40,334 nucleotides of DNA from Lacunisphaera sp. (GCA_035260745.1 DATFUQ010000054.1:1-40334); one strand, 5' to 3'; counted from the first letter of the stretch, positions 10,655 to 19,416 are shown. The notes: generated by a model not told the origin, from the sequence alone. A program made the numbers and translations.

Positions 10655-10729
10655 TCACCACGAAGGACGCGAAGCTCACGAAGCCGGAACCACCAGTTTC
10701 TCTTCGTGCCCTTCGTGTCTTCGTGGTGA
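10655..10729. repeat. Tandem-inverted repeat, 9-bp period (CACGAAGNN arms)
   Basis: tcaccacgaaggacgcgaagctcacgaag ... cttcgtgcccttcgtgtcttcgtggtga; sibling at 30699-30803. Confidence 0.88.
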
Positions 10730-10738
10730 TTCTGTTTT

Positions 10739-11983
10739 ATGCCCAAATTTAAATCCATCCGCGACCTCGACCTGGCCGGCAAGCGCGTGCTCATGCGCGT
10801 GGACTTCAACGTCCCGCAGGACAAGGCCACCGGCGCCATCACCAACAACCAGCGCATCGTCGCCGCGCTGCCCACGATCAACTACGCCCTGGAGAAAGGC
10901 GCGGCGGTCGTGCTGATGTCGCACCTCGGCCGGCCCGACGGCCAGAAGATCGCCAAATTCTCGCTCAAGCCCATCGCGGTGGAGCTCGAGAAGCTGCTCG
11001 GCCGGAAGGTGACTTTCGCGGAGGATTGCATCGGCCTCCGTGTGGAAGAGCAGGCCAAGGCGCTCAAGCCGGGCCACGTGCTGCTGCTGGAGAACCTACG
11101 CTTCCACATCGAGGAGGAGGGCAAGGTGAAGCTGGAGGACGGTTCCTCGAAGAAAGCCGACGCGGCCGCGGTGGCCGCGTTCCGCGAATCGCTTTCCAAG
11201 CTCGGCGATGTGTTCGTCAACGACGCCTTCGGCACGGCGCATCGTGCACACTCGTCGATGGTCGGCATCAATCTCAAGGAGAAGGCCGCCGGCTTCCTGA
11301 TGGAAGCCGAGCTGAAGGCCTTCGCGGCGGTGCTCGACCATCCACAGCGGCCACTGCTCGCCATCCTCGGCGGCGCGAAGATCGCCGACAAGATCCCGCT
11401 CATCAAAAACCTGATCGAGAAGGCTGACGAGATCATCATCGGCGGCGGCATGGCGTTCACTTTCAAGAAGGTCACCCAGAGCATGGAGATCGGCACCAGC
11501 CTCTTCGACGCCGAGGGCGCGAAGCTCGTGCCCGAACTGGTGGCGAAGGCCAAGGCCCGTGGGGTGAAGCTGATTCTGCCGGTGGATTACCTCTGCGCCG
11601 ACAAGTTTGACGCCAACGCCAACACGCAGACCGCGACCGATGTCACCGGCATTCCCGCCGGCTGGATGGGCCTGGATGCGGGGCCGAAGTCGATCGAGCT
11701 CTATGCGGCCGCGATCGGCCGCGCGAAGACCATCATCTGGAACGGCCCGTCCGGCGTGTTCGAGTTCGATAAATTCGCCGGTTCCACCAAGGCCATGGCC
11801 GCGGCTATCGCCGCGGCGACGGCCCGGGGGGCCACGACAGTCGTGGGCGGCGGTGACACCGCGACGGCGGCGAAGAAATTCAAGGTGGCCGACAAGGTCA
11901 CGCATTGCTCCACCGGCGGCGGCGCGAGTCTGGAGTTCCTCGAGGGCAAGGTGCTGCCCGGCGTGGCGTTTTTGGAGAACTGA
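10739..11983 (+). CDS. pgk: Phosphoglycerate kinase
   Basis: [46 protein letters not shown]. Confidence 0.99.
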   Translation: MPKFKSIRDLDLAGKRVLMRVDFNVPQDKATGAITNNQRIVAALPTINYALEKGAAVVLMSHLGRPDGQKIAKFSLKPIAVELEKLLGRKVTFAEDCIGLRVEEQAKALKPGHVLLLENLRFHIEEEGKVKLEDGSSKKADAAAVAAFRESLSKLGDVFVNDAFGTAHRAHSSMVGINLKEKAAGFLMEAELKAFAAVLDHPQRPLLAILGGAKIADKIPLIKNLIEKADEIIIGGGMAFTFKKVTQSMEIGTSLFDAEGAKLVPELVAKAKARGVKLILPVDYLCADKFDANANTQTATDVTGIPAGWMGLDAGPKSIELYAAAIGRAKTIIWNGPSGVFEFDKFAGSTKAMAAAIAAATARGATTVVGGGDTATAAKKFKVADKVTHCSTGGGASLEFLEGKVLPGVAFLEN

Positions 11984-11986
11984 TCA

Positions 11987-12051
11987 ATTCAGAAGCCAGG
12001 AAACCGGGAAGCTGTTTTGGGCTTCCTTTCTTGGGTTCATGGTTTCTGAAT
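11987..12051. repeat. Tandem-inverted repeat, 8-bp period (CCAGGAAA-like arms)
   Basis: ttcagaag ccaggaaa ccgggaag ... tttcttgg gttcatgg tttctgaa. Confidence 0.75.
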
Positions 12052-12064
12052 CCAACCCAACACT

Positions 12065-12838
12065 ATGTTTCGCAAAAAGGTAATCGCCGGGAACTGGAAG
12101 ATGAACAAGACGGCCGCCGACGGCGTCACGCTGGCGAAGGACATTGCCGAGGAGGTCGGCCGCGAGACCTCCGTGGACATCGTGCTCTGCCCGCCGTTCA
12201 CCGCATTGCAGAGCGTGGGCCAGGCCCTCGAGGGCGAGGGCCAGGCCATCAAGCTCGGCGCGCAGAACATGCACCCCGAGAAGAACGGCGCCTACACCGG
12301 CGAGGTCTCGGCGGAGATGCTGCGCACGCTTTACGTCACGCACGTCATCCTCGGCCACAGCGAGCGCCGCACCTATTTCGCCGAGACGGACGCCTTCATT
12401 AATAAAAAGGTGCTCGCCGCGCTGGGCCACCAGTTGAAGCCCATCCTGTGCGTCGGGGAAACGCTCGCCGAGCGCGAGGCGGGCTCGACCCTCGCGGTCG
12501 TGCAGCGGCATGTGGAAGGAGGACTGGCGGGGGTGGCCAAGGAGCAGATCACGAACGTCATCATCGCCTACGAACCGGTGTGGGCCATCGGCACGGGCAA
12601 GGTGGCCACGACGGCGCAGGCGCAGGAAGTGCATGCTTACATCCGCGCCCTGCTGACCAAGCTTTACGGCGCGCCGCTCGCGCAGAAGGTGCGCATCCTC
12701 TACGGCGGCTCGATGAAGCCCGCCAATGCGACGGAGCTGCTCGCCGAGAAGGACATTGACGGCGGCCTCATCGGCGGCGCATCGCTCGAAGCGAAGTCGT
12801 TCATCGAGCTGGTCAAGGCGGCCGACGCGGCGAAGTAG
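12065..12838 (+). CDS. tpiA: Triosephosphate isomerase
   Basis: AGNWKMN, GHSERR, AYEPVWAIGTG, YGGS, LIGGASL. Confidence 0.99.
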   Translation: MFRKKVIAGNWKMNKTAADGVTLAKDIAEEVGRETSVDIVLCPPFTALQSVGQALEGEGQAIKLGAQNMHPEKNGAYTGEVSAEMLRTLYVTHVILGHSERRTYFAETDAFINKKVLAALGHQLKPILCVGETLAEREAGSTLAVVQRHVEGGLAGVAKEQITNVIIAYEPVWAIGTGKVATTAQAQEVHAYIRALLTKLYGAPLAQKVRILYGGSMKPANATELLAEKDIDGGLIGGASLEAKSFIELVKAADAAK

Positions 12839-12894
12839 GTGGAGCGGCTTGTCCCCAAGACGCTTGAGCGCGTTGAGGGCAACGCGCTCCACCT
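12837..12894. repeat. Family A REP doublet overlapping the tpiA stop codon
   Basis: AGGTGGAGCGGCTTGTCCCCAAGACGCT-TG-AGCGCGTTGAGGGCAACGCGCTCCACCT. Confidence 0.85.
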
Positions 12895-12948
12895 TAAGAC
12901 ATTTCCTCGTTGCGACGGTGGAAACTCCTCCGATTAGATGCCGGCCCG

Positions 12949-13929
12949 ATGCGGCGATTCTCCGGCATGATCTGCCTCCTGCTGACCTGGGCTGCTCCGG
13001 CCCGGGCGGATTATGCGTTCGATACGGCCGGCTGGGCGATCGCGGCGCGCTTCGCCGCTCCGCCGTCGACCGACGCGGTGCTGACGCCCTCGCCGCAGGG
13101 TGACGTGCAGGCCACGCGGTTTTTCCTGGAGCAGTCGGGCGAACGCATGATGCTGGTGCGGTTCGTCTATCCCATGGCGATGCTGCCGGGCGGGGAGGCG
13201 GGGATTTACCAGAAGGCCACGGCCGATATGCTACGCTCGCGGCCCGGCGATATCCGCGCGCGAGGCAAATTCGCGCTCGGCCCCTACGACGGCGAGCGGC
13301 TGGTCATCGGCCAGCGCCGGGAGAAGACTATCCGCGAGGTGCGCTTGCTCGTTATCGGCTCCACGTTCTACGTCCTCAGCGCGGAGTGGCCGGAGCAGGG
13401 CACGGGGGCGGCGCGGGCGGAGCAGTTTTTCAACAGCGTCAAGCTGCGGACGGAATACACCGACCCGCTGGTGGTGGAGAACATGGAGCGCTGGCGCGAG
13501 CTGACCGCGGGGAATTTCCGGCTGCGCTATGACGCCACGCGCTGGTATCGCGACCCGGCCGACCGGGAGCCGGGGGTCTTCAACTTCCTCCGCACCGACC
13601 AGAAGGCCGAGGCTCAACTCATCATCGAGGACCGCGCCATCGAGGGCGACATCGAGACGGCGGTGCTCAACACCGCGCGGGAGGGGGCGGAAAGCGTGGT
13701 GGTGAAAAAGCGCGAAAAAAAGCTCCGCGGCGCCGTGGAGGTGGTGGAGCTGGAGTTCACGGCGCGCGTGGACAACGTTTCCTATATCAACCACGGCTAT
13801 TTCTACAGCGGGCCCGAGGGGGCGGTGCAGCTTCGCGGCTGGGCCAGCGAGCGGGAATACCGCGACGTTTCCGGTGACATCGGCGAACTCCTCGACGGGC
13901 TGACCGTCGGCGCCCCGACGGTCAAGTAG
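12949..13929 (+). CDS. Hypothetical exported protein (two-domain, possibly PsbP/Mog1-like alpha/beta folds)
   Basis: Signal-peptide-like N-terminus ending PARA-D; host-like codon usage; the fold is a guess. Confidence 0.6.
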   Translation: MRRFSGMICLLLTWAAPARADYAFDTAGWAIAARFAAPPSTDAVLTPSPQGDVQATRFFLEQSGERMMLVRFVYPMAMLPGGEAGIYQKATADMLRSRPGDIRARGKFALGPYDGERLVIGQRREKTIREVRLLVIGSTFYVLSAEWPEQGTGAARAEQFFNSVKLRTEYTDPLVVENMERWRELTAGNFRLRYDATRWYRDPADREPGVFNFLRTDQKAEAQLIIEDRAIEGDIETAVLNTAREGAESVVVKKREKKLRGAVEVVELEFTARVDNVSYINHGYFYSGPEGAVQLRGWASEREYRDVSGDIGELLDGLTVGAPTVK

Positions 13930-13962
13930 GCCTCAGCTTTGACGTCTGGTGGGACTCTTCAT

Positions 13963-14250
13963 TCATGGCTTGATGGAGTAACGCAACCGCGCGGCTTCAG
14001 GTGAAACGACCTCTAAGCGAGGCGGACCGCCACCATGCATCTCACCTTGCGGATAAGTGTGCTCCCACAATCGACCATCTTTGGGATTGCGAAAAAGTTT
14101 AGACCACCCATCCGCGCTAACGGCCATAAATACCAAGTGACAAGCGATGAGTTCATCGATGCGGGATGCTGCTTCATCGGCCACGACCTTACCGCCGGTA
14201 GCAAACCATCGCCCTTCGATGACCTTTTCGTCTGGTCGTAGTGGTGACAT
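13963..14250 (-). CDS. Imm27 family polymorphic-toxin immunity protein
   Basis: GWSKLFRNPKDGRLWEHTYPQGEMHGGGPPRL matches the Imm27 signature; visibly more AT-rich than neighbours. Confidence 0.85.
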   Translation of the reverse strand: MSPLRPDEKVIEGRWFATGGKVVADEAASRIDELIACHLVFMAVSADGWSKLFRNPKDGRLWEHTYPQGEMHGGGPPRLEVVSPEAARLRYSIKP

Positions 14251-14278
14251 CTTCTTTTGCCGAATAGTGTCGCTTACC

Positions 14279-15253
14279 TCAACTCGAACGCTTGGCCATG
14301 TTCTCCACCAGAGTGGTGATGAACGGGGCGCCGTCGGGCAGGCGGGCGAGGGCGGACTTGGCGGCGTCGGACTGCTCGCGGGCGTGGCGGCGTGAGGCGT
14401 CGAGCCCGTGGACTTTCACGTAGGTGGTCTTGCCGGACTTGGCGTCCTTGCCGGCGGTCTTGCCGAGTGTCTTCGTATCGGCGGTGGCGTCGAGGATGTC
14501 GTCCACGATCTGAAACGCCAGGCCGAGGTGCCGGCCGGCTTCGCGCAGGGTGGCGAGCTGCTTTTCATTGGCCCCGCCGCAAAGTCCGCCCGCGACCAAA
14601 GCGGCGGTGAGCATGGCGGCGGTCTTGTTGAGGTGGATGAACTCCAGTTCGCCAGCAGTGGTGTCGGCCTTCTTCTCGGCGAGCAGGTCCTCCATCTGTC
14701 CGCCGATGAGCCGCTCGCTGCCGGCGGCGTCGGCGAGTTCGCGGGTGAGGGCGAGTCCGGCGTCGGCGGGATAGTGGCGGGCGATGAGCTGGAAGGCGAG
14801 GGTGAGCAGCGCGTCGCCGGCGAGCAGCGCCGTGGCCTCGTCGAACTGCTTGTGCGCGGTCGGCCGGCCGCGACGGAGGTCGTCGTTGTCCATGCACGGC
14901 AGGTCGTCGTGGATGAGCGAGTAGGTGTGGAGGCACTCGAGGGCGACCGCCGCAGGCAGGGCGTCTTGAATTTTCGATTTTGGATTTTCGATTTTCGATT
15001 TGGACCCCGAGCCCGTGGACTGGGTGATTTGAGATTTGAGATTCCGAATTTGAGATGCCTTTTCGCCGGCCGGGGCGAAGAGGTCGGCGGCGGCGAGCAC
15101 GAGGACCGGGCGGAGGCGCTTGCCGCCGGCCTGCAGGCTGTAGCGCATGGCGGCGTGGAGGCGGGCGGGCCGGGTGCCGACGGCGGGCACCAATTCGTCG
15201 AGGCCGCGCTCGATCCGCTCACGATAGGCCTGTAACTGGGCGGTAAAATCCAT
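14279..15253 (-). CDS. ispA: Polyprenyl (farnesyl/geranylgeranyl) diphosphate synthase with in-frame heptamer insert
   Basis: GGKRLRP, SLIHDDLPCMDNDDLRRGRPT, ALLAGDALL, AFQIVDDILD, GKTAGKD; start taken at MDFTAQ. Confidence 0.92.
   Translation of the reverse strand: MDFTAQLQAYRERIERGLDELVPAVGTRPARLHAAMRYSLQAGGKRLRPVLVLAAADLFAPAGEKASQIRNLKSQITQSTGSGSKSKIENPKSKIQDALPAAVALECLHTYSLIHDDLPCMDNDDLRRGRPTAHKQFDEATALLAGDALLTLAFQLIARHYPADAGLALTRELADAAGSERLIGGQMEDLLAEKKADTTAGELEFIHLNKTAAMLTAALVAGGLCGGANEKQLATLREAGRHLGLAFQIVDDILDATADTKTLGKTAGKDAKSGKTTYVKVHGLDASRRHAREQSDAAKSALARLPDGAPFITTLVENMAKRSS
14966..15056. repeat. Two heptamer tandem tracts, (GATTTTC)n and (GATTTGA)n, inside ispA
   Basis: ttttcga ttttgga ttttcga ttttcga tttgga ... 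gatttga gatttga gattccg aatttga; translated as SQIRNLKSQITQSTGSGSKSKIENPKSKIQ. Confidence 0.9.
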
Positions 15254-15256
15254 GGG

Positions 15257-15311
15257 AGTGGGGCGCGTTGACCTCAACGCGCCAAACGGCTCGGGGTCAA
15301 GCCGCTCCACC
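15257..15311. repeat. Family A REP doublet immediately upstream of the ispA start
   Basis: Reverse complement GGTGGAGCGGCTTGACCCCGAGCCGTTTGGCGCGTTGAGGTCAACGCGCCCCACT aligns with 12838-12893. Confidence 0.85.
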
Positions 15312-15390
15312 AACCATTTAGCGCCGGATGGGTCAAGAAACGACTCGCCAAGCCGCGCGGCCCGAATCATACCATGGGTCACTTTTCCGC

Positions 15391-15669
15391 ATGCCCACCT
15401 ACGAATACGCCTGCGCCAAATGCGGCCATGAAATGGAAGCCTTCCAGTCGATGAAGGCCGAGCCGCTCAAGCTCTGCCCCGCCTGCAAGCGCCGCACGCT
15501 CAAGCGCAAGGTCGGCGGCGGCGGCGGGCTGATTTTCAAGGGCACCGGCTTCTACATCACCGATTACAAGAAGAAGTCCGGCACCAAGCCCGAGACCGGC
15601 GAGACCAAGGCACCTTCCAAACCCACCGAAAACAAGCCTGCGACGGCCACCGCCGCCGCGACCAACTAA
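15391..15669 (+). CDS. FmdB family zinc-ribbon regulatory protein
   Basis: MPTYEYACAKCGH...CPAC...FKGTGFYITDY. Confidence 0.92.
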   Translation: MPTYEYACAKCGHEMEAFQSMKAEPLKLCPACKRRTLKRKVGGGGGLIFKGTGFYITDYKKKSGTKPETGETKAPSKPTENKPATATAAATN

Positions 15670-15681
15670 CCACCACCCGCC

Positions 15682-16392
15682 ATGGCTGACAAAAAAATCG
15701 AAAAAGCGCTCTACGGTCCCAGTATGATGGAAGTCGCCCTCGGGGCGGTGCTGGGCCTGGTCCTCGGGGTGGTCGCCTGCTGCGTCTACCTGGTGTTCAA
15801 GCCGGTGGCGCTGGTGAAGGAAATGCCGGCCAAGGACAAGCAGTCCGTCAGTGTCGTCTATTACGTGCCCGGCGCGGAAAGCAGCGCCAAGAGCAAGGGC
15901 TGGCAGGCCAAGCAAAAGCAGTTCATCGCCGGCAAGAGCATCTCGGTGGTGGAGGACGAGCTCAACGCCTGGGCCGTCTCCGTCAGCCCGGCGCCTCCGG
16001 CTGCGCCCGCCAAGCCCGCCCCGGGCAAGCCCGCCGATGCGCCCAAGGCCCCGCCCGGGGAGGGCATCTTCATCCCTGGCACGCCCAATTTTCACATTAG
16101 CAACGGCAAGCTGCAGATCGGTTTCAAATGCACGCTGAACTGGTATGGCCTGATGACCGATGTCACGGTGCAGACCACCGGCACTTTCAAGAAATCCGGC
16201 GACCAGGTCGCGTTTGTCCCCGAGACGATTTTCCTCGGCTCCTGCCCGGTGCATCTGCTGCCCTCGGCCGCCGGCCCGCTGGTCGCCCACCTCATCGACA
16301 AGCGGAAAACTCCCGACGAGATCCGCGCCGCCTGGGCCAAGCTCGGCGACGTGACCATCGACGGCAGCGCGCTCAAGCTCACCGTGCAGTAA
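15682..16392 (+). CDS. Hypothetical membrane-anchored protein
   Basis: N-terminal TM helix, Pro/Ala linker, host-like codon usage, operon-like spacing. Confidence 0.7.
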   Translation: MADKKIEKALYGPSMMEVALGAVLGLVLGVVACCVYLVFKPVALVKEMPAKDKQSVSVVYYVPGAESSAKSKGWQAKQKQFIAGKSISVVEDELNAWAVSVSPAPPAAPAKPAPGKPADAPKAPPGEGIFIPGTPNFHISNGKLQIGFKCTLNWYGLMTDVTVQTTGTFKKSGDQVAFVPETIFLGSCPVHLLPSAAGPLVAHLIDKRKTPDEIRAAWAKLGDVTIDGSALKLTVQ

Positions 16393-16420
16393 GTTGCGCG
16401 GCCCCGTCCTCGCCGCGGCC

Positions 16421-18013
16421 GTGTCGAAAAACCTGAAAAACATCAGCGTGGTCGCGACGGCCACCGTGGTGTCGCGCGTGCTGGGGCTGGGGCGCGAGAT
16501 CCTCATCGCCGCGGTGTTCGGCACCAGCGCGCTGAACTCGGCCTTCGTCTCGGCCTTCACGCTGCCCAACCTGTTCCGCCGCCTGCTCGGCGAGGGCGCG
16601 CTGACCGCGGCCTTCGTGCCGACCATGAGCCACGAGCTGGAACACAAGCAGCGGGCCGGGGCGTTTTCGCTGGTGACCAAGGTGTCGAGCTGGCTGCTGG
16701 TCGTCACCACCGCCGTGGTGGTGCTGGCAATGCTGGTCATGGCCAACGCGGCGGCGCTGCTGCGGCTCGCCGGCGATTTCGGGATGGAGGCGGACACGGT
16801 GGAGCGGCTCCTGCTGGGCGCCCAGCTCGCGGTCATCCTTTTCCCCTACATGATCTTTGTCTGCCTCGCGGCGGCATTCAGCGCGGCGTGCCAAGTGCTG
16901 GGCCGCTTCACCGAGCCCGCGCTGTCGCCGGTCTGGCTGAACCTCGCCATCATCGCCGCGCTCGGGCTGGGCAGCTGGTGGGCGTGGGACGACACGGCGC
17001 GGATGAACCTGCTGTGCGGCGGCGTGCTGGTCGGAGGCTTTTTGCAAATGGCCGTGCCGGCGGTCGTGCTGTGGAACGAGGGCTGGCGGCCGGGCTTTGA
17101 CCTGCGGGCCGACGACCGCGTGCGCGAGATCGTCCGGCTGATGGCGCCGACCGTCATCGGCTCGGCGGTCTATCTCGTCAATATTTCCGTTTCCCGCCTG
17201 ATCGGGCTGTCGCTGAACGACCAGGCGGTCGCAGTGTTGAACTGGGCCACGCGGGTGATGGAGCTGCCGATCGGCGTGTTCGCCGCGGCCATCGCCACGG
17301 TGGTTTTTCCGCTCATCTCGCTCCATGCGGCGCGCGGGGACTGGGGCAAGCTCGGCGAGGATTACCACAAGGGGCTGCGGCTCGTGCTGGTCATCAACAT
17401 CCCGGCCGCGCTGGGGCTCGCCATGCTGAGTGAACCCATCGTGCGGCTGCTGTTCCAGCGCGGGCACTTCACCGCCGCCGACACGGCGCTGATGACCCCC
17501 ATCCTCGCGGTGTTTGCCCTCGGGCTGCCGTTCCTCTCGTTCACCACGGTGGCGCTGCGGGGCTTCTATGCCCTCAAGGATACCGTCACGCCGGTGCGCG
17601 CGGCCGGACTGAGCTTCGTCGTCAATATCATCCTGAGCGTGGTCCTGATGCACTGGTTCTCCACCGTCGGCCTGGCCGCGGCGAGCAACCTCGCGGTGGT
17701 GGTGCAGGCCTGGTATTTGCAGACCCGCCTGTCGCGCAAGCGGCCCGGCCTCGGCTTTGCGCCCCTGCTGCCCAACCTTGGCAAAATTGTCGTGGCCAGC
17801 GCCCTCATGGGCGCGGTGGTGTGGGGTGGGATGAAGCTGGTGACCCAACTGCCGCTGGCCGGCAAGGCCCACGACTTGGTGGTGGTCGCGGGGCTGATCC
17901 CGGTCGCGTGCGCCGTGTATGCCGCGTTGCTGTGGATGCTGAAAATCGAGGGGCGCGAGGACGTCGAGGCCCTGTTGGTCCGTTTGCGCGGCAAGGCCGC
18001 CACCGGAAGCTGA
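16421..18013 (+). CDS. murJ: Lipid II flippase MurJ (MviN)
   Basis: SRVLGLGRE, AFTLPNLFRRLLGEGALTAAFVP, ELPIGVF, FYALKDTVTPV; GTG start assumed. Confidence 0.95.
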   Translation: MSKNLKNISVVATATVVSRVLGLGREILIAAVFGTSALNSAFVSAFTLPNLFRRLLGEGALTAAFVPTMSHELEHKQRAGAFSLVTKVSSWLLVVTTAVVVLAMLVMANAAALLRLAGDFGMEADTVERLLLGAQLAVILFPYMIFVCLAAAFSAACQVLGRFTEPALSPVWLNLAIIAALGLGSWWAWDDTARMNLLCGGVLVGGFLQMAVPAVVLWNEGWRPGFDLRADDRVREIVRLMAPTVIGSAVYLVNISVSRLIGLSLNDQAVAVLNWATRVMELPIGVFAAAIATVVFPLISLHAARGDWGKLGEDYHKGLRLVLVINIPAALGLAMLSEPIVRLLFQRGHFTAADTALMTPILAVFALGLPFLSFTTVALRGFYALKDTVTPVRAAGLSFVVNIILSVVLMHWFSTVGLAAASNLAVVVQAWYLQTRLSRKRPGLGFAPLLPNLGKIVVASALMGAVVWGGMKLVTQLPLAGKAHDLVVVAGLIPVACAVYAALLWMLKIEGREDVEALLVRLRGKAATGS

Positions 18014-18107
18014 ACTGTTCGCGCGGTTCCGTCCGCGGCTGTGCCGGCCGCCTGGCAATGGAGACTCGCCAGTCCGAAGCGTGGCGTGAAGGATGGGCGC
18101 TGCTCCC

Positions 18108-18818
18108 ATGAAAAATCTGCTTTCAACCGCTGCGAAATTTCCCGGTTGGTCGACCCCGTTGATCGCGGACGCGTGCCTGCGGCTGAAGGTGCCGCTGCGC
18201 GTGGCCCCGCCCGGCCTGCGGCCGCTCGCGGAGGGGATGCGCGTGTGCGGCCCGGCATGCCCGGTCCGGCATTACGGGAGCGTGGATGTCTTTCTCGAGG
18301 CGGTGCAGTCGGCGCAAAAGGGCGACGTGCTGGTCATCGACAACGGCGGTCGCAGCGACGAGAGCTGCATCGGCGACCTGACCGTGCTTGAGGTTCAAGC
18401 CGGCGGGCTGACGGGAGTGGTGCTGTGGGGCTTGCACCGCGACACCGCCGAACTGTGCGCCATCGGGCTGCCGGTCTTCAGTTACGGCACCTGCCCGGCC
18501 GGCCCGCAGCGGCTCGACGCGCGCGAACCAGCGGTGTTTGATTCCGCGCGCCTGGGCCCGGTGCTGGTGACGCCGGCTGACTTTGTCTTCGCGGATGACG
18601 ACGGCGCGGTGGTCGTGCCCCGTGCCCGATTGGATGAGATCCTCCGCAGTGCGCGCGGCATTTGGAAGACCGAGCGGGCGCAGGCCGACGCGGTGCGGGG
18701 TGGCCGGATGTTGCACGAGCAATTGCGGCTGGCCGACTATCTCGCGAAGCGGCAGGCGAATCCCGCGCTCACGTTCCGCCAGCACCTGCGGGAGATCCGC
18801 GGGGCGATCGAGGAGTAG
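18108..18818 (+). CDS. RraA family protein (HMG aldolase/oxaloacetate decarboxylase-like)
   Basis: GDVLVIDNGG, IGDL, GLHRD, FADDDGAVVVP. Confidence 0.88.
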   Translation: MKNLLSTAAKFPGWSTPLIADACLRLKVPLRVAPPGLRPLAEGMRVCGPACPVRHYGSVDVFLEAVQSAQKGDVLVIDNGGRSDESCIGDLTVLEVQAGGLTGVVLWGLHRDTAELCAIGLPVFSYGTCPAGPQRLDAREPAVFDSARLGPVLVTPADFVFADDDGAVVVPRARLDEILRSARGIWKTERAQADAVRGGRMLHEQLRLADYLAKRQANPALTFRQHLREIRGAIEE

Positions 18819-18821
18819 CGT

Positions 18822-18849
18822 TTGCCAACAGCCCGCGGCCGGGTAGGGT
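18822..18849 (+). promoter_or_regulatory. Candidate sigma70 promoter giving a leaderless transcript of the GNAT gene
   Basis: TTGCCA-16 nt-TAGGGT then 6 nt to ATG 18856; no SD sequence. Confidence 0.35.
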
Positions 18850-18855
18850 GGCGTC

Positions 18856-19137
18856 ATGTCCAATGAGCCCGCAGTCCGGCACAACGCCACCGCGCACCGC
18901 TACGAGGCGGTGGTCGACGGGCACCTTTCGATCTGCGAATACGAGCTGGCGGGCGGGCGGATGGTTTTCACCCACACCGTCGTGCCACCGAAGCTGCGCG
19001 GCCGGGGCATCGCGGAGAAACTGGTGCGCGCGGCGCTGGCCGACACCCGCCAGGCTGGCCGCAAGGTCGTCCCTGAGTGCTCTTACGTGGCGAAGTTCAT
19101 CGAGCGGCACAAAGAGTATCAGGATTTGCTTAGCTGA
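18856..19137 (+). CDS. Small GNAT N-acetyltransferase (YjdJ/Acetyltransf_CG-like)
   Basis: FTHTVVPPKLRGRGIAEKLV...KVVPECSYV. Confidence 0.92.
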   Translation: MSNEPAVRHNATAHRYEAVVDGHLSICEYELAGGRMVFTHTVVPPKLRGRGIAEKLVRAALADTRQAGRKVVPECSYVAKFIERHKEYQDLLS

Positions 19138-19155
19138 TCCGCGGCGTGTGATTGG

Positions 19156-19355
19156 GTAGGGGCGCTTGCCCTCAAGCGCCTTGGGCCGTTGGGGGCAACG
19201 GCCCCTACTCCCCTGGAGGGCCCAGCTCCCGCTGGGCCGCAGCCAACCAGGAGGTCGGCTCTCCATACTTTTGGTTCCGGGTGTAGGAACCTGCTTGCAG
19301 GCGATTCAAGGCTCGGGCGACGGCGGAGATAATCGCCTGCAAGCAGGCTCCTACA
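19156..19355. repeat. Array of three different REP doublets: family A 19156-19208, family B 19214-19265, family C 19282-19355
   Basis: GTAGGGGCGCTTGCCCTCAAGCGCC..GCCCCTAC; TGGAGGGCCCAGCTCCCGCTGGGCC..CTCTCCA; TGTAGGAACCTGCTTGCAGGCGAT..ATCGCCTGCAAGCAGGCTCCTACA. Confidence 0.9.
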
Positions 19356-19388
19356 AAAGGATCCATCGGTGATAATAGTGACGGGCAC

Positions 19389-19416
19389 AAAAAAACCCGC
19401 AGCTTGCGCGGCGGGT
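19389..19416 (-). terminator. Rho-independent terminator of rpmB
   Basis: Minus strand ACCCGCCGC-GCAA-GCTGCGGG followed by T7, about 20 nt after the stop. Confidence 0.8.

Noticed and set aside
10655-10729. Short-period repeats as a CRISPR array
   Set aside because: Units are 7-9 bp, adjacent and inverted, with no 25-40 bp repeats separated by unique spacers and no cas genes.
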